Below, piece after piece: positions 39,953 through 53,560 of a DNA stretch of 64,000 nt. This stretch comes from Camelus dromedarius (taxonomy: Eukaryota): positions 29,638,001 through 29,702,000 of the forward strand of contig NC_087436.1 of the NCBI RefSeq assembly GCF_036321535.1, in the 5' to 3' direction. The number at the start of each line of letters is the position of its first letter. The first letter of the stretch is position 1. A model generated the notes under the pieces. The model saw only the letters and a list, made by a program, of their open reading frames with translations, did no database searches and was not told the DNA's origin. The translations under genes were made by a program, and so were the position numbers.

Positions 39953-41439
39953 CCTCAGCAAAGACAGGGAATATAACACAAATGTGGATGGAGTAGGGCT
40001 CAGTCCGAGAAAAATTCATAGTGTTTTATACATGCCTGAGTTCTCTTTGCCGTCATTAATTTAGTATTGAACTTCTGCAGCCCTCTTATGAACTTACTCT
40101 AAAAAATATTTTTGAAGACTTTATGGAACTTTAGTATATAATTTTTAAAATGTGAATATATATTTGTACTATATAATATATATAGACACAATTCAATGAT
40201 AATATATTGCTGTAAGATAATTTTTCCCTTCTTAATCATTAATTTTCTATATCCACATAAAGATATTTCCCTATTTAATCCACGTATGTATAGGAAATGG
40301 TCACAAATTGTTATTTAGTTGATGTAATTTTTGTATAGTGTTTCTAAACAGTTTATATTCTAGTACTGTCAAACAAAATATTGTTAGCCAGGTGAAATTG
40401 TTGAGAAGAGGAATGGTCATACTATTTGAAGAAGAAATTATTTACTTCTTTGCAAAATTTGTTAAATATTCTAGCTCAAAAATAAGCTTTGATTTTCTCC
40501 TCAATTTAAAAAAAATGAGAAGTGATTTTCTTGAAGTATAATTATAAATAACAAAATATATATGAAGAGTGCAACTGAAAATCTTGAAGATGATTAATTA
40601 TAGTGGTGCAAATATGACACTATAAAACTTGAATTGCAGCCTAATTATTACTTCTTTTTTTCATCTTAAGAAATTGCTGACAAATGCTTTATATTTTTAA
40701 GTTAAGAAACTAGAATAAAATTTAGGATTGATAAAAGACATCTTGGCTCAAAGAAATGTTGACAGAGACTAGCTGGCTCTGAAACATATGAAATTAAAAA
40801 AAAGTTAAATACAGCATAAATTTGTACTTCAAGTATATATGTGGATTACAGTAAGAAACAACACATTTTCATTCTTTAAGTAGGATATTTGCAAATTCTG
40901 ATTTTGCTTTCTATTGGATCTTATTCTTATGGATATTTGTATACTGGTGTGTGTGTGTGTGTGTAAATGTGAATAACATTTATATAATTTATAATACATG
41001 TATACTATATATCTCTATATATCATCTCTATATTGTGTATATATTAGAAATGGGATTACATCAAATATGCTCAGTGCTACATATCAAAGTGAATTATGCA
41101 GACAGAAATTCTAACAGAATGTAATTTTTCACATGCTACTTACTGACATATGTGTGTGCATACCCCCCCCCCACATATATAGCACAGATTTGATCAATCT
41201 GGGCAAATACTTAATCATTTCTCAGTCAAAATATGAAACTTTTCCATCATCCTGGCATATTCTTTCTAAAAAACTTTGCAACTCTATGTTGTGTGATTTT
41301 AGGCATTTGTATTTATGATTTTATGATACCATTTTTTTCTGCACCAAAGTAGTAGACTTCTGCATTTGTATAGATGGTCTGGTTCTTTACTGTTTACTCC
41401 TATTTGGGTTGGTTTTCACTGTTAATTTCCAGTAAAAGA

Positions 41440-41877
41440 CTGATTTTAAACTTCTTTTGTAGAGGCTGAAGATTAGTGTGTGTGGACTTGTGATGGAGGC
41501 CCAGATAACTGACGGCTTCAGCACCAGACTTTGAATTGGGAGCTAGGGTGGCACAAAATAAGTCTGATGAAGATCCCGCATTAATAGCTGCAGTAAAAGC
41601 AGCAGCATCCACTTTCTACAGAATGCAGTACAGCCACCGTGACTTCAGTGCCGGCGGGGTTGGTGGGCAATCAGGATGACTTTTATTCAGAATGTTCTGT
41701 CCTAAGATTTTGCCTTAGTTCTGGCTTTGTGGCCTCCCTTTGTTTCCTTCTACTTCCCAACAGATTCCTCCATTCTTCTGGATGATTCTCCAAGCCAACT
41801 GAAGCCCATAAAATAACTCTGATTCACGTAAGCCAGTGATTTTTGTCGCTTACTTCTAAGGGAATCAAGTAATATAA
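41440..41877 (+). mobile_element. Probable old ERVL-class LTR (LTR33/LTR41-like)
   Basis: GC-richer block ending 'taagccagtgatttttgtcgcttacttctaagggaatcaagtaatata', an ERVL/MaLR-like tail. Confidence 0.4.
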
Positions 41878-43085
41878 ATAAGTACGTGGTAAGAAGAAAA
41901 AAAAAAAGTCAACACATGCTCCGAGAGTTAATGAGACGATATCCAGTCTGTAAAAGCCAAACTACATCAGAACAAAAAGGCTTATTGTTTCGATGCAAGG
42001 AGTACGGAGACACAGACAAAAGCCAGGGAGCTAGACAGCGAGAGAAAGAAAGGAACAATAATGGATCCTACAGCACAACTGAAAGACAAAATAGGTTGAT
42101 TTCCTTGGGGAGAAATAATATTAAGGACCAACATATTAGTTCCAGGACCAGTTGGAATCACGTGTGCAAGTAAAAGCCAACTAAAGAGACACAATGAATT
42201 TCTTCAGTCCAAAGTAAGGGAAAATGTGCTCCTGGCTAGTCACATACTAAGAGCAGATGTGAGGCATCTGTTGCTTACACCTGAGAAAGCTAATTAGCTA
42301 ATTAAATTCTTAGGAGGAGCAGGAAAATAAGCCTGAGGTAAAAATTCACCCCAGCTGAGTTGTACACTGTGCTACCAGAATGAATGTGAATTTTAAGCTC
42401 TCAGACTCGGAAGAAAGAAAACAAGTGAGAATTTTATTTCAAGCCAGAATAATTACAGAAGTAAACAAGGAAAAAGATACTGTATCAGCAACCAGGAGAA
42501 GAATGTATACTTCCAAAGTTTTCTATTAATTGACTTTATTAACTTAAATAAACATATTTATTCATGGAAATGTTACTTTTTAATACTAGGGACATTTTAT
42601 TATATATTAAACTTCATTTGTTATATATGAAGTATTATGTATTAGACAACTTTATTATATAAAAATACAAATGTATGCCCCTCAATTACACCTATCTATA
42701 AAACATAAAATTGCTTTGATTGCCTGACCCTTGTTAGAGTAGAGTCAGCTGTTAATTTGGGGCACCAAGGTTAGCCATCTATATGTTGCAATGATTAGTT
42801 TTGTCTGCTGGTTCTTTAGAAGGCACATTTCTGTGAACTACATTTCCTATTCATAACTCACATAATTAGGGCAAACTCAGAATGCTGAAATTTCCTAAGT
42901 TACAAGGTCAAATCATTTTACATTAAAGTTCTTGATTGGACATGTTGTTAACATAATTTTCTTTTTATATATTAAATATAAAAAAAAATTTCTGCATATA
43001 CCATGTAGACAGCATTTACTCTACGCAGAAGGCACTAAGGAAGATTGGACTACAGTGAATTACATAAGTTCTGAAATACATAAAA

Positions 43086-43620
43086 TATGAAGTTAATTTT
43101 ATGTGCCAGCCTGACTGGCCACAGGATTCCCAGCTACCTAGATAAAAATAATTTCTGAGTGTGTCTACGACGGTATTTCAAGAAGAGATTAGCATGTGAA
43201 TCCACAGACTCAGTAAAGCAGGTGGTCTGCAGTGTGGGTGAGCAATCCAATCCATCAAGGATCTGAACAGAACAAAAAGGTGGAGGAAGGGAAAATCCAC
43301 TCTTTCTGCCTGACCACTGAGCTGGGGCATCATCGGTCTTCTCCTGCCCTTGAACAGTATTTATACCATCAGCTATCCGCCCAGGCCCTCAGACGCAGAC
43401 TTGAACTACACTCTTGGCTTTCCTGGGTCTCCAGTTGCAGATCAGATTGTGGAACTTCTCAGCCTCCATAATCATGTGAGTCAATTCCTCATAATCTCTT
43501 TACAAACACACACACACACCCCACACATTTGTCTGTCTGTCTGTCTATCTGTCTATCTGTCTATCTATCTATTGTCTACCTATATTGGTTCTGTTTTACT
43601 GGAGAATCTTGACTATTACA
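43086..43620 (+). mobile_element. ERVL solo LTR, MLT2 (MLT2B/D-like) with internal (CA)n/(CTGT)n/(CTAT)n
   Basis: 'gttaattttatgtgccagcctgactgg...gaagagattagcat...gaacagaacaaaaaggtggaggaaggg...cagcctccataatcatgtgagtcaattcc...tattggttctgttttactggagaatcttgactattaca'. Confidence 0.92.
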
Positions 43621-44919
43621 GAATGTTTGTGATTTTATTTAAGAAATATAATCTAACATTTAGCAGTGCAGGAAAGTTCTAGCTTTCACCAAGTGAAGCT
43701 TTAAAAAGGCACATGTTAATACTTTCATGCTTTGATCACAATAGATGTGTTAGAACCGAAATAATCTAGTTGTCTCCAGGATAAAATTAAGGAATTCTAT
43801 TTTATATTGGGTTATACTAACTCATTATAATTTGTGAGAGGGAGAATTTTTTTGCTTATAATACAGGACCCTTTCATTCTAATTCTGATCATAAAATTTC
43901 CAAGAATCTTACCATAAAAGAAAAAGAATACTACTACAGGAGGATAACTGCTTGGTTATCAAAATGATATATTCTTATAAAACACATTTTAAAATGACCC
44001 AGTGTGTCCTTTAAAATGTTTCAGCCTAATAGAGTAAACAATAGTGTACATCATATACAAAGTCAATAATACTGGTATAGAAAGAGGTACTTTTCAGTAA
44101 CCTCTTAAACATCACACAACCATTACATAAAAACACATTAAATAGCTATAGGTCTCTGAAATTCATAATTTTCCATAAAATACTTATATTTAAAGACATT
44201 TTAAAGTGGGCCAGAAATTATTTTTTTGTCTCCTTAGCAGGCATAAATCCAACAAAAAAGTGAATATTTTCAAATATGTTATAACAAGGGATATTTGAAA
44301 AATTTAATGGAAAAGATCATTTTCAAAAGTTTATGTTTAATAATGTGAAAACCAGAAAATACTATATTTGTGGTTATTTTAGCTAATCTCAATATCTACG
44401 TAAAATCTAAGCTTTATAAATAAGTGCTACAAATTATGCTAACAGATAGGGTGATCAAAATTGCAATATAATTTGCAAAATAGTATAATTTGCATGGATA
44501 TAGAAATAATTTTATTCAAGCAATTGCCAAATAGATTACTCTTCCGTGAAATCAGCTAATGGAAGCTTGTTTGTCAATAATACGGTTAGTAGTTACCTTT
44601 ATTAGAGTCTGTGTGAGCAATGAAATCTATGTTATTAGCATAGGACTAAGAATCATAAGAAGAGAGGAGGTTTTCATTTATTCCAGTGAGCTCATGGCAC
44701 AAATGAAAATGAGAAATTATAGTATATTTTTTATATTTCAAAACCTTGCCTAGCTGCCTTATTGTCACACATAAATCTACATAATATTCATTATCATTGA
44801 TCGCCTAGGTGCCATGAAATAGTTTATCTTCCTGTTGATTTTTTAAATTGTAACCCTTCACAAATACCCAAATGTATGATTATAATTTTTTAAAAATTTA
44901 TTCTACACATGAAATATGG

Positions 44920-45050
44920 ATTCAGCTGTGTTTTCAAGTTAAAATGACCTTGGCAAGCCATTAAATTTCCAGGATTCAATTTTCCTATTTCCAAGATGTG
45001 ATAACAATACCAGCCTCTGTTTACTTTGAAGACAGTGAAAATAATAGAGA
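44920..45050 (+). mobile_element. MIR SINE fragment
   Basis: 'tgaccttggcaagccattaaatttcc...tcaattttcctatttccaagatgtgataacaatacc' is the MIR core. Confidence 0.6.
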
Positions 45051-45559
45051 TAAGGTAGATTCTCCCAGGGCCTAAAGCAGCTAATGATAGTAAACGAAAT
45101 ACTTTATAGAAACTGAATTAACTTTTCCCAGACACTAAGTAAACTTCGACTAAGTTACTGTGTCAAAATCATTACAGAAATGCAAAGAACAGCACACTAC
45201 AAACATATAAACATATAAAAACATACTAAAAACTATACACATTTAAACGTATAAAAACAAGCATAATATAAACATTAAATTAAGCACTAAATTGATTCAG
45301 AAATACTAAGTGCCAAATTCTGTACTATGAACATAATATATATACCCAAGAAGAAAAAGGCAAGAAGGCAGGAATCTGTCCTAACAAAAATGTTAAGTGA
45401 TACTACTTATAGAGTGCTTTATAGTTTATACTATGACACATTTTATTTAATTATATATTATATATAATACATTATATATAATACTTTATAGATATAGATA
45501 TATATATAATATATATAATACTTTTTGCCAAGTTATCCCAGTCTTGTCCAGTATTTAAT

Positions 45560-45826
45560 TCACAATTTACAATCTATTTTATATATAATACTTTTTCCCA
45601 AATTATTCCAGTCTTGTCCAGTAGGAGCCCCTTAAAGCTCTTAGGCATACTCCCAACATTCTCTGAGTAATTTCTTACTTTTTAGTAGAATTTCTTCCGG
45701 TCTTGACTGGTAATTTTTGTGCCTTATTTCTGGAGCCAACCACTTCTCCAAGGACCTTTAGTTCTTCCTTTAATTTTAAGTCAAGAATGGTGTTTAGAAA
45801 TACATATTTCTATATTTATCTTTAGG

Positions 45827-45868
<42 letters not shown>

Positions 45869-46030
45869 AAAAACTGTTAAATTCACCCCATTCCCTCCAA
45901 TTTTAATCCAACACTGCAGGATTTATTCTAGTATCTACTTTTTCATATTTGCACAGTGAGAAATCTGGCTCTAATCATCAGTAATCCTTTACTTATTTGC
46001 TCAGTCTCCCCTGTATTTGCTCAATCTTCT
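45560..46030 (-). mobile_element. Old L1 3' UTR fragment (L1MC4/5-like)
   Basis: 'ccagtcttgtccagtaggagcccctt...ctggagccaaccacttctccaaggacctt' and 'acagtgagaaatctggctc'. Confidence 0.6.
45827..45866. repeat. (TATC)10 tetranucleotide microsatellite
   Basis: Read directly. Confidence 0.97.
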
Positions 46031-46059
46031 GCCCCATAAGCAGAAAGTTCAGCCCTGGG

Positions 46060-46436
46060 CACATTTCATAATCTCTGCCCTGGCACACCTTCCAAAACCA
46101 TGACCCAGAGAAGCCAAGGACATGCTATTCTGAAGGTGACCCTCAGCCAGTGAGTGAGCATGATGGTAGCTCTTAAGAAGACTCTCTTCTCAGGATGGCC
46201 ACCAGCCAGCGACTAAACAAAATAGTGATACGATGGCCTCCTCATTCCCACCCTGACTGGCACACCTCTAATGGGCAGTTTATGCTTTGACCTCCTCACT
46301 GGGCTCCCAATCATATCTTCATTGCAGGAAAGCAGTTAACCTTGTCTAGTCCTCCTCCTTCACTTTTCTTTTCACAGGTGCTACCACCAATAATATTTTG
46401 TATATCCCTCTTTTCCAGAGAATCCAAATTATGACA
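46060..46436 (+). mobile_element. ERVL LTR, LTR16/LTR40-like
   Basis: Tail 'cttttcacaggtgct.ccaccaataatattttgta...tttccagagaatccaaattatgaca'. Confidence 0.55.
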
Positions 46437-47598
46437 AGGGAGTGGGTAAATCCATCACTACTTCCATGGAACACAGATAATTACAAATTACTGTAGAAAG
46501 TATTACAAGCCTACAAGCCAAGAATCAGCAGAGAGCAAATGCCTCCCCAATCTCTAATTATTTCACAGAAAAGTGTGTAGGTAAGACATGGCCAAGACTG
46601 ACATGCTATGGAGACAGTTTCATAGTGAGATTCCCTTGAAATATCAGAAATCTCTAGTGGGAGAGGGAACAGGGAACAGAGTCACTAATAAGAAATGGAA
46701 TGTGTTTGCATAAAGAAAGAGGAAGAAATAAGCATACAAGCCCCTGCTTCACATGTAGCAGCCGCCATGGAGCTCAGAGTGGAACACAAGCGTATGTGTA
46801 TTTGTCACAAGTCAAGAATGTGTACACTTAAAATTGTTATAAGAGTTCTAGTGAGTGTAAATTATTCTTCAATAATGTTAATTAAAAATACATCATTATT
46901 GCTGATTTAAAAGTGGAGCATCCTAGGATTAAGGGAATTATGTGACTTCTGAAATCACAAAACCTGTAATCAGAATTACCCATTGAAAGTCAAACTCACT
47001 CATCCTTACTCCAAAGCTACAATGGGTCTCTCCCCCAACCTTTTGCACACTCTCTCTCCCTCTCCTTCCATATGTATATATACATACATACATATATAAA
47101 ACATTAATATATTAATGTTATATATATATACTTAAGATGTAGAAATAATGTTTATTAAATCCATTTTGAAAACAGGCAGCATGAAAGACTTTTAGTTTGT
47201 GAACTTACTCAGAGTTTAGAGTCAAGATCACTTCTAGTCATTAAACTTCAGCAATATGAAGATCTTAGCTTAAAATGAGCTAAGCTAACAAAAATGAGTC
47301 TTCATCTCATAAAGGGGAGAAAAAGCAGTTAAAAACACAACAGCTATCACTCTGGAAATACCTCTGATGGCTAAAATGCTAGTAAACATCAAGAGAATTT
47401 TTATATGTACAACCTGGAATATTTAATGTACAAATATCAGGTCTATGCATTAAAGATGAAATTATAAACTGGCTAACAATCATCAGCAGTTAAATATGCT
47501 GAGTCTGAAATGATACCCCCATTCTCAACCTAAGAGCTCACATATTTAACTGGTGATTATTTTCCTTATATAATATTAAATTTATCTTTTGATAGATA

Positions 47599-47599
<1 letters not shown>

Positions 47600-47653
<54 letters not shown>
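47600..47653. repeat. (CA)27 perfect microsatellite
   Basis: Read directly. Confidence 0.98.
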
Positions 47654-47655
<2 letters not shown>

Positions 47656-47665
47656 GCCACACATA

Positions 47666-48302
47666 CAGTTGACTCTTACCTATGGTAGTTACGTTCTGTA
47701 AAGTCACCAGGAACACTCAATCAGCAAATACTGAAACCTTGCTCCTAAGTGAAATAGAGATAGGTCCTTGTGAGCCTTTGTTCTCAACATTTTCATCAAC
47801 CAAACAATACATAATCTTCTTTTATGTGTGTTTCTCTTTAGAGACACCTTATTTAATACATATATTGATTAATTAATATTGAAAGAACAGCCAACAGCCC
47901 TGTAACTCATGCCTGGATGAAGTTTATCTGACACAGGTATTTTCCTTGTAAGGCACATCACAGCCTTGTGCCTAGGAACGCTGGACAGCACTTTAGCATC
48001 ACATTTTTGGGGGGCATTTTAAACTGTGAAATCACCAATAAAAGGCATAACCACCCCCCAAAAATGCATTAAATAGATCACAGAGAGGACACATTTATAG
48101 TATAAGAGCTGAAACAAGAAATTAGAGCCATCTTGTTTGACCTCAGACGGGAATGTGCAGATGACTCAAATTTTCCCTCTCTCTGCACATGTCTGCAAAT
48201 GACCACAGAAGTGCTAAGAAAGATCAATTTGGGGGTTACAAATAAATTATAGGGAGTAGGAAAATTTGTAAATATGGATCTATTAATAATGATGATTGAC
48301 TG
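47666..48302 (-). mobile_element. MER82-like TcMar-Tigger non-autonomous DNA transposon, near full length
   Basis: Termini ta|cagttgact... and ...gatgattgactg|tg. Internal 'ttgtttgacctcagacgggaatgtgc', 'tttgggggttacaaataaatt' and 'gtaaggcacatcacagcct' match the recalled MER82; length ~640 bp. Confidence 0.88.
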
Positions 48303-51300
48303 TGATGATGATTGAATAATGATGACTGAAAAAACAAGTTAGAACAAGGGCAATCTTTTATAACAGCTTTATATTCTAACTTGCTTTTTATCATTTTTCA
48401 AACTGTTGTTCTTCCATGTACTTTTATATGTTAATGTAATGTTGACTAAATGAAAAAGGAACAAAATACTTTTTTTGTTTTGTTGTTCTTTGTATTCAGG
48501 AGGATGGGATGCTTAAATGACAAATTCAGCTTTCCAGATGAGGTCAGCTAGGAAATCCAAAGAATCTTTTATATGATTCATGCAGAGTCATGTATTAACC
48601 ACTTGAGATTTGAATAAAAGGGATTTAAGATTTCTCATTTCTCATTTATAGATAATTGCTTTAATAACTCACTCTCTGGTTTGTCTTCAGTAAATCATCT
48701 GTCCAAATTAGTTGGCTGTTGAAGGTCCTCAGGTGTACACAATGTCAAATTTAGTATTAACTGAAGTGTCTTCTCTATCAGAAGAAGAAATTTCATCTAT
48801 GCTTATATTCAGTGCCTGATTACTGAAATATATTTAATCTCAGTATCTGCATTACTCATGTAGTGAACAAAATTTACAGGATGACAAGTTAAAGGGTCCC
48901 TCCTTTTGCCACCCAAAGAATATATAAACCTCTGATAAGTAGTTAGCCAACATTACGAACATTCAAAATATGCTTTTATAATGAAAACTATGTAACAAGT
49001 ATATGAACATATCTAAATAACAGTATTTAGGACTAACATAGTCATTTAAATTATATTATGTATTCATTTAGCTATTTCCCACAGAAATATGAATTAGATC
49101 AAAATTATGAATTCCACTTCATAAAATATTTGATTTAATTTGAAATATGCTGCAATATGAGACCTCTAATTGCTGTAGTGGTAGTTTCTCCCCAAATCTC
49201 TAAACTCATGACTGCTGCCTCGAGTTAGTCAGACCTTAATATTGGATAAGATTGGGTGTGCAGAGTTGATAGCTTCTGAATGGTTTTACAGAAACTCATT
49301 CTTAGTATCTACATTGAACATAGGTGCTGTGGGTCTGTAGTTATATCCCCAGAAGAGGTAGACTGACCCTTGCACGAATCTTTGCAATCACTGTGTTCTT
49401 GGTTTCTCTGCCTGCACTCTGTATATCTAAGTTTCTCTCCTTTCTAACTTCTAGTTTAATAATAGATACTAATGTATTCTGCTTTCATGTTTGACAATTT
49501 ATGGCAATGTTTGCTATTATAAAACTGAAAATACATTAATATAAAAAATGTACCATTCTTCAAATAAGTGGATAGTAGTTATAACTTCAAATATGAAGTA
49601 CATAGCTAGTCTTTATTTACTACTATAATTTTTACAATCCCTTCAAATAGCAATGAATAAAGGTACCTTTTATATTTAGTAAATATCCCGATTAATCTAG
49701 GCTGATGATTTATGGAAATGGACAATCCATGTAATCATATGCACCAACTTAACTATCAAAACACACTAAGATTCTAATGAAATAGTTATATTTATGCATT
49801 TTATTAGTTTATTTTTCCTTGTAAAATAGCCAGGATATTAATCTGGGAAAAGTGGCAATGGCTATAATTTCAATAATCCAAAAATGTTTTTAAAATTTAA
49901 AATAAGCTATCACACATATATATATGCACAAATCATATGATTTCTTTCATCTATTGTTGATATGACACTGCAGAGAAAAAACAGCTTTGTTTTTATTTCT
50001 CTTAAGATCATGAAATTTTGTCTTACAAGTAGCATTAGTTATTGCCTAATTTATTTTGCTTTTAGCACTATGCTTTAAGTAGTATTTTGCTAAATAAAAA
50101 ATAAGCGCTACTGAATTCTAACACATATATTTTAAAAGTATATTAGAATATTTTAATCTTACAATTCTATTTTGGGGAAAGATGTATCTGAAATAATTTT
50201 ATATCTTGTTCTTAGAATATACATTAATTAACTGTGCACCTAAGTAAAAGAAGAACAAAATGGGTACTCAGATTCTTTACTTTATATGCAGAAATTGGCT
50301 GATGACATTTAGGAAAATGTCAATCAATTAAAGTGATTAATCTTCAAGTTCATTATAATCTCTGAATGACTAGAAGAGATATAAAATAAGAATAAGATAT
50401 AAAATTTTCAGGTCTTTTACAGCCTATTCTAGAATAAAGCACAAGTATGTATAAATGACCAATTAACATGGCAAATATCTATATAACTGACAGCAAAAAT
50501 GGCTTAGATTACAAATATTGGAAAGGATATTCTAGGTAGATGGATATCTTTCCAAACAGAGTAGAAGACAGTGTAAGAAAACTGACAATAGAATAAGCTA
50601 ACTTTTTAAAGTATAAAATAAAGGTGAATAAATGTGATATGACTTAGATTATAAAATGACGTGAAAGACGTCAATGAGAGGAATTAGATCTGGTAACATG
50701 CATATCTAAGTGTTGTTTAGTAGAAGAATCTAAGATAAAAATTCAGTAGTAAATAGAATGACTTAGGGTGGTGCTTGCAGGCTTAAGTCCTATCTCTACT
50801 GTTCAGAATGCATGCAGCTTCTGCACACTAGTTTTTATTTCTTCTAGAACCTATAAAAGGCAGCTACAGAATTAATATATCAATAATATCCAGCTTGAAA
50901 CACTTTAGTGATATACTACATCACTGCTCTATAATCAAAGGGGAAAATTCTACCCCCATCCTACGCCTGATAGCTGTGGAGCCAAGCCACCCACCTAAAT
51001 CCATTCTTCCCTGATCTCTTGGACATCTAGTATTACTAGGTCTTTCCTAAGGCCTTTGAAGCTAAAGGGCAAGAGAGCTGCCAACCATCAAAGTTATTAT
51101 TTGAGTTCAATTACCTTCTCCTTGTCTTCTTTGGATAGATTAAATCTTTTATTTCCATCAAATCAACTTTGCATTTTCAAGTAGCACTTTAATAATTCCT
51201 TAATAGAACTTTAGCTCTTTACCCAACATAGAACAATTCAACCCTCCTATTCCAATCTTAAAACATTAGACATTAGACACCTATTACTGGATTTGGTGGG

Positions 51301-52629
51301 ATGAGCTCTTCTCATGACTGATCTTAATATACATCATTTATTTTATCCTCTGGAGACAGAAACTGTATTTCCACACTACTGAGTTTGTTCCTAATAGATG
51401 ATAATTAATAGGAATCATATGATTTGTCACTACACATTCAAGGAGTCATTACAGAGCAGAAGCGAAAGCATGAACATAAGAGAACCAATAAAATAATGTT
51501 TATATCAAGTAGAGTAGGCAATTCAGAAAAGTGACTAAGAATAATACATCAGTTAGTTAGTCTAATAGTAAATTATAACTCTTGATATATAACAACTAAT
51601 GAATAAATATTATTTATTTTTCTTAATCCAAACAAATACTGTGAGGCTTGAAGAGCCTGGCAGAATTTTTATTTTTTCATTATCTAACTTTTGTAATTAC
51701 CAGCAAATATTATTTTAAAAATACAGTACTTGTACATTGGATTTCAAGAAAAGTAAAACAATAGTGAGTAAGTAAAAATCTAAATAACTATATAATATTT
51801 ACCCAAAAGAAAGTTATTGCAGCTGAATAGTTGATGATGAATAAAGGTCAAAGAAGTTTAAAACTCTGAGGTGTCGAGTGTGCATACCCAGGAAAATATT
51901 TATTTTACCTATTAAAGAAACAAAACAAAAAATAAAACTAAGGAGGAAAACTTCTAGAAATGACTGGTGAAAAATATGAAACTGGATTCATACATTTTGA
52001 ATTAGAAATTATGCTGGTCACCCAAGATGAAATGTGTAATTAAAGATATATACTTGACTTGAATGAGATGTTATAACTGTCCATATGTGATTCAAGATTT
52101 GATTAATTATTTAACAAAAGATCGTAAGACAGAAGAAGCAGTAAAGGAAATGCAAATTTCTAAAGATCTAATTTCAGCTGTGCAACATCTAAAGATGAAT
52201 GACCTTTGACCCATGATCCCTCCTTTTTTAAATTCTAAATAGATGATTTTCATGAGGTAAGAAGTTTCTAATGTGAGGATCATCAGCATGGCTCAGTCGG
52301 AACACCTTTATCTAGAGGCAGGAGGGGGAATGAGGAGACCCAGAAATTATATTTTAATTTCATCTTCATTTCCATAATTTGGAAAAAATTGGATTAGAAA
52401 ACACATCAGGGTATTTTAAATCTAGAAATGAGTATGAAGTATTGATAATATTCACCATTAGGGTGCCCGAGCAAGTAGAGGAGTGACTGGAAAATTAAGC
52501 AGGTTTAGAATCTTTTATTTTGATTCCCTATTTATCTGGTAATGTAATGGCAGTATCTACGGGGCCAAATAACACAGAAGCTCTAATAATAAAGAAACAG
52601 TTTATTAACAGGTTGTTCACAGCCACGCA

Positions 52630-52820
52630 GGTGTTAAATCAGAATGACCTACGGTTGACTTTCTACTCTCACTTAAATACTATGCTCTTAGGCAATCTTA
52701 AGCAAATTGTTTAGCACTTCTAAAACTGAGTTTACTTTTTTAAAAATGAAGATTATATTAATTATTCAAGTCTGTTGAGAAGACAAAATACAGTATTTAA
52801 TACATCTGTGTCACAGTTGG
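52630..52820 (+). mobile_element. MIR SINE (degraded)
   Basis: 'atcttaagcaaattgtttagcacttctaaaactgagtttactttt..aaaatgaagattata'. Confidence 0.55.
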
Positions 52821-53194
52821 ATGTGCCTTTTTTGATAGTTTAGATTGCCATTGCTGGTTTCAGCACTGTTTAAAGACCTAGCTAATTTTAACTGCTATAA
52901 ATTTAGCCAACTAGTCAACTAGTCACCATTATGGTTGTTATTTTAAATATAGTCCAAGAGGCTACGTTTAAACAAAAGCCTGATGTAGCCATCTTCATTA
53001 GTAGGAGAAATCACTCCTGAATAGCAAATTCAGAAGTTCTAACGAAACTGTAGTTATCAGAACTTCATTTAGTATTTTTGAGGATTACTAAGGAGACTCC
53101 TTTGGGATGTTTTTGATGATTATAAGATTTACCTAGAGGGATATGAGAAGGTACTGGAGGACACACAAAGGGCTGAAATAATGTCTTGAGTTGT

Positions 53195-53560
53195 GTGAAG
53201 AACAGTTTTTAAGAGCAGAACTGTATAATCAGAAAGACTAGACAGTGGGGCACAGTATCAGTCCAGATGAAAGAATGGAATATGGTGATAATAATAGAGT
53301 GGATAAGAGTAGTCATAATTTTAAATATATTTTGAATGTAAAACTGACAGGATTTGACAAGAGGGGATATTTTACTAATTTTCTCAGAGACCCTATTGCC
53401 TGCCAAACCCTCAGACATGAGGATTGAAATGTCACTTTTATTCTATACACCTAATGGTTTCATGTGAACTAGGTACAGGATGTAATAAAAGAGAAAAACC
53501 AAGACATTCTTTAAAGTTTTTGGCTCAAGTATTTATGAAAATTGTGGAAACACATAGTTA
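53195..53560 (-). mobile_element. LINE-2 fragments
   Basis: 'agtccagatgaaaga...atatattttgaatgtaaaactgacaggatttgac' and 'aaagttttttggctcaag'. Confidence 0.6.

Noticed and set aside
45200..45280. Degenerate aaacatat-like repeats, considered as an array
   Set aside because: Low-complexity tract with no constant repeat-spacer structure; not CRISPR-like, and the DNA is mammalian.
47100..47119. Perfect 20-bp palindrome aacattaatatattaatgtt
   Set aside because: Embedded in TA low-complexity sequence where such palindromes arise readily; no associated feature.
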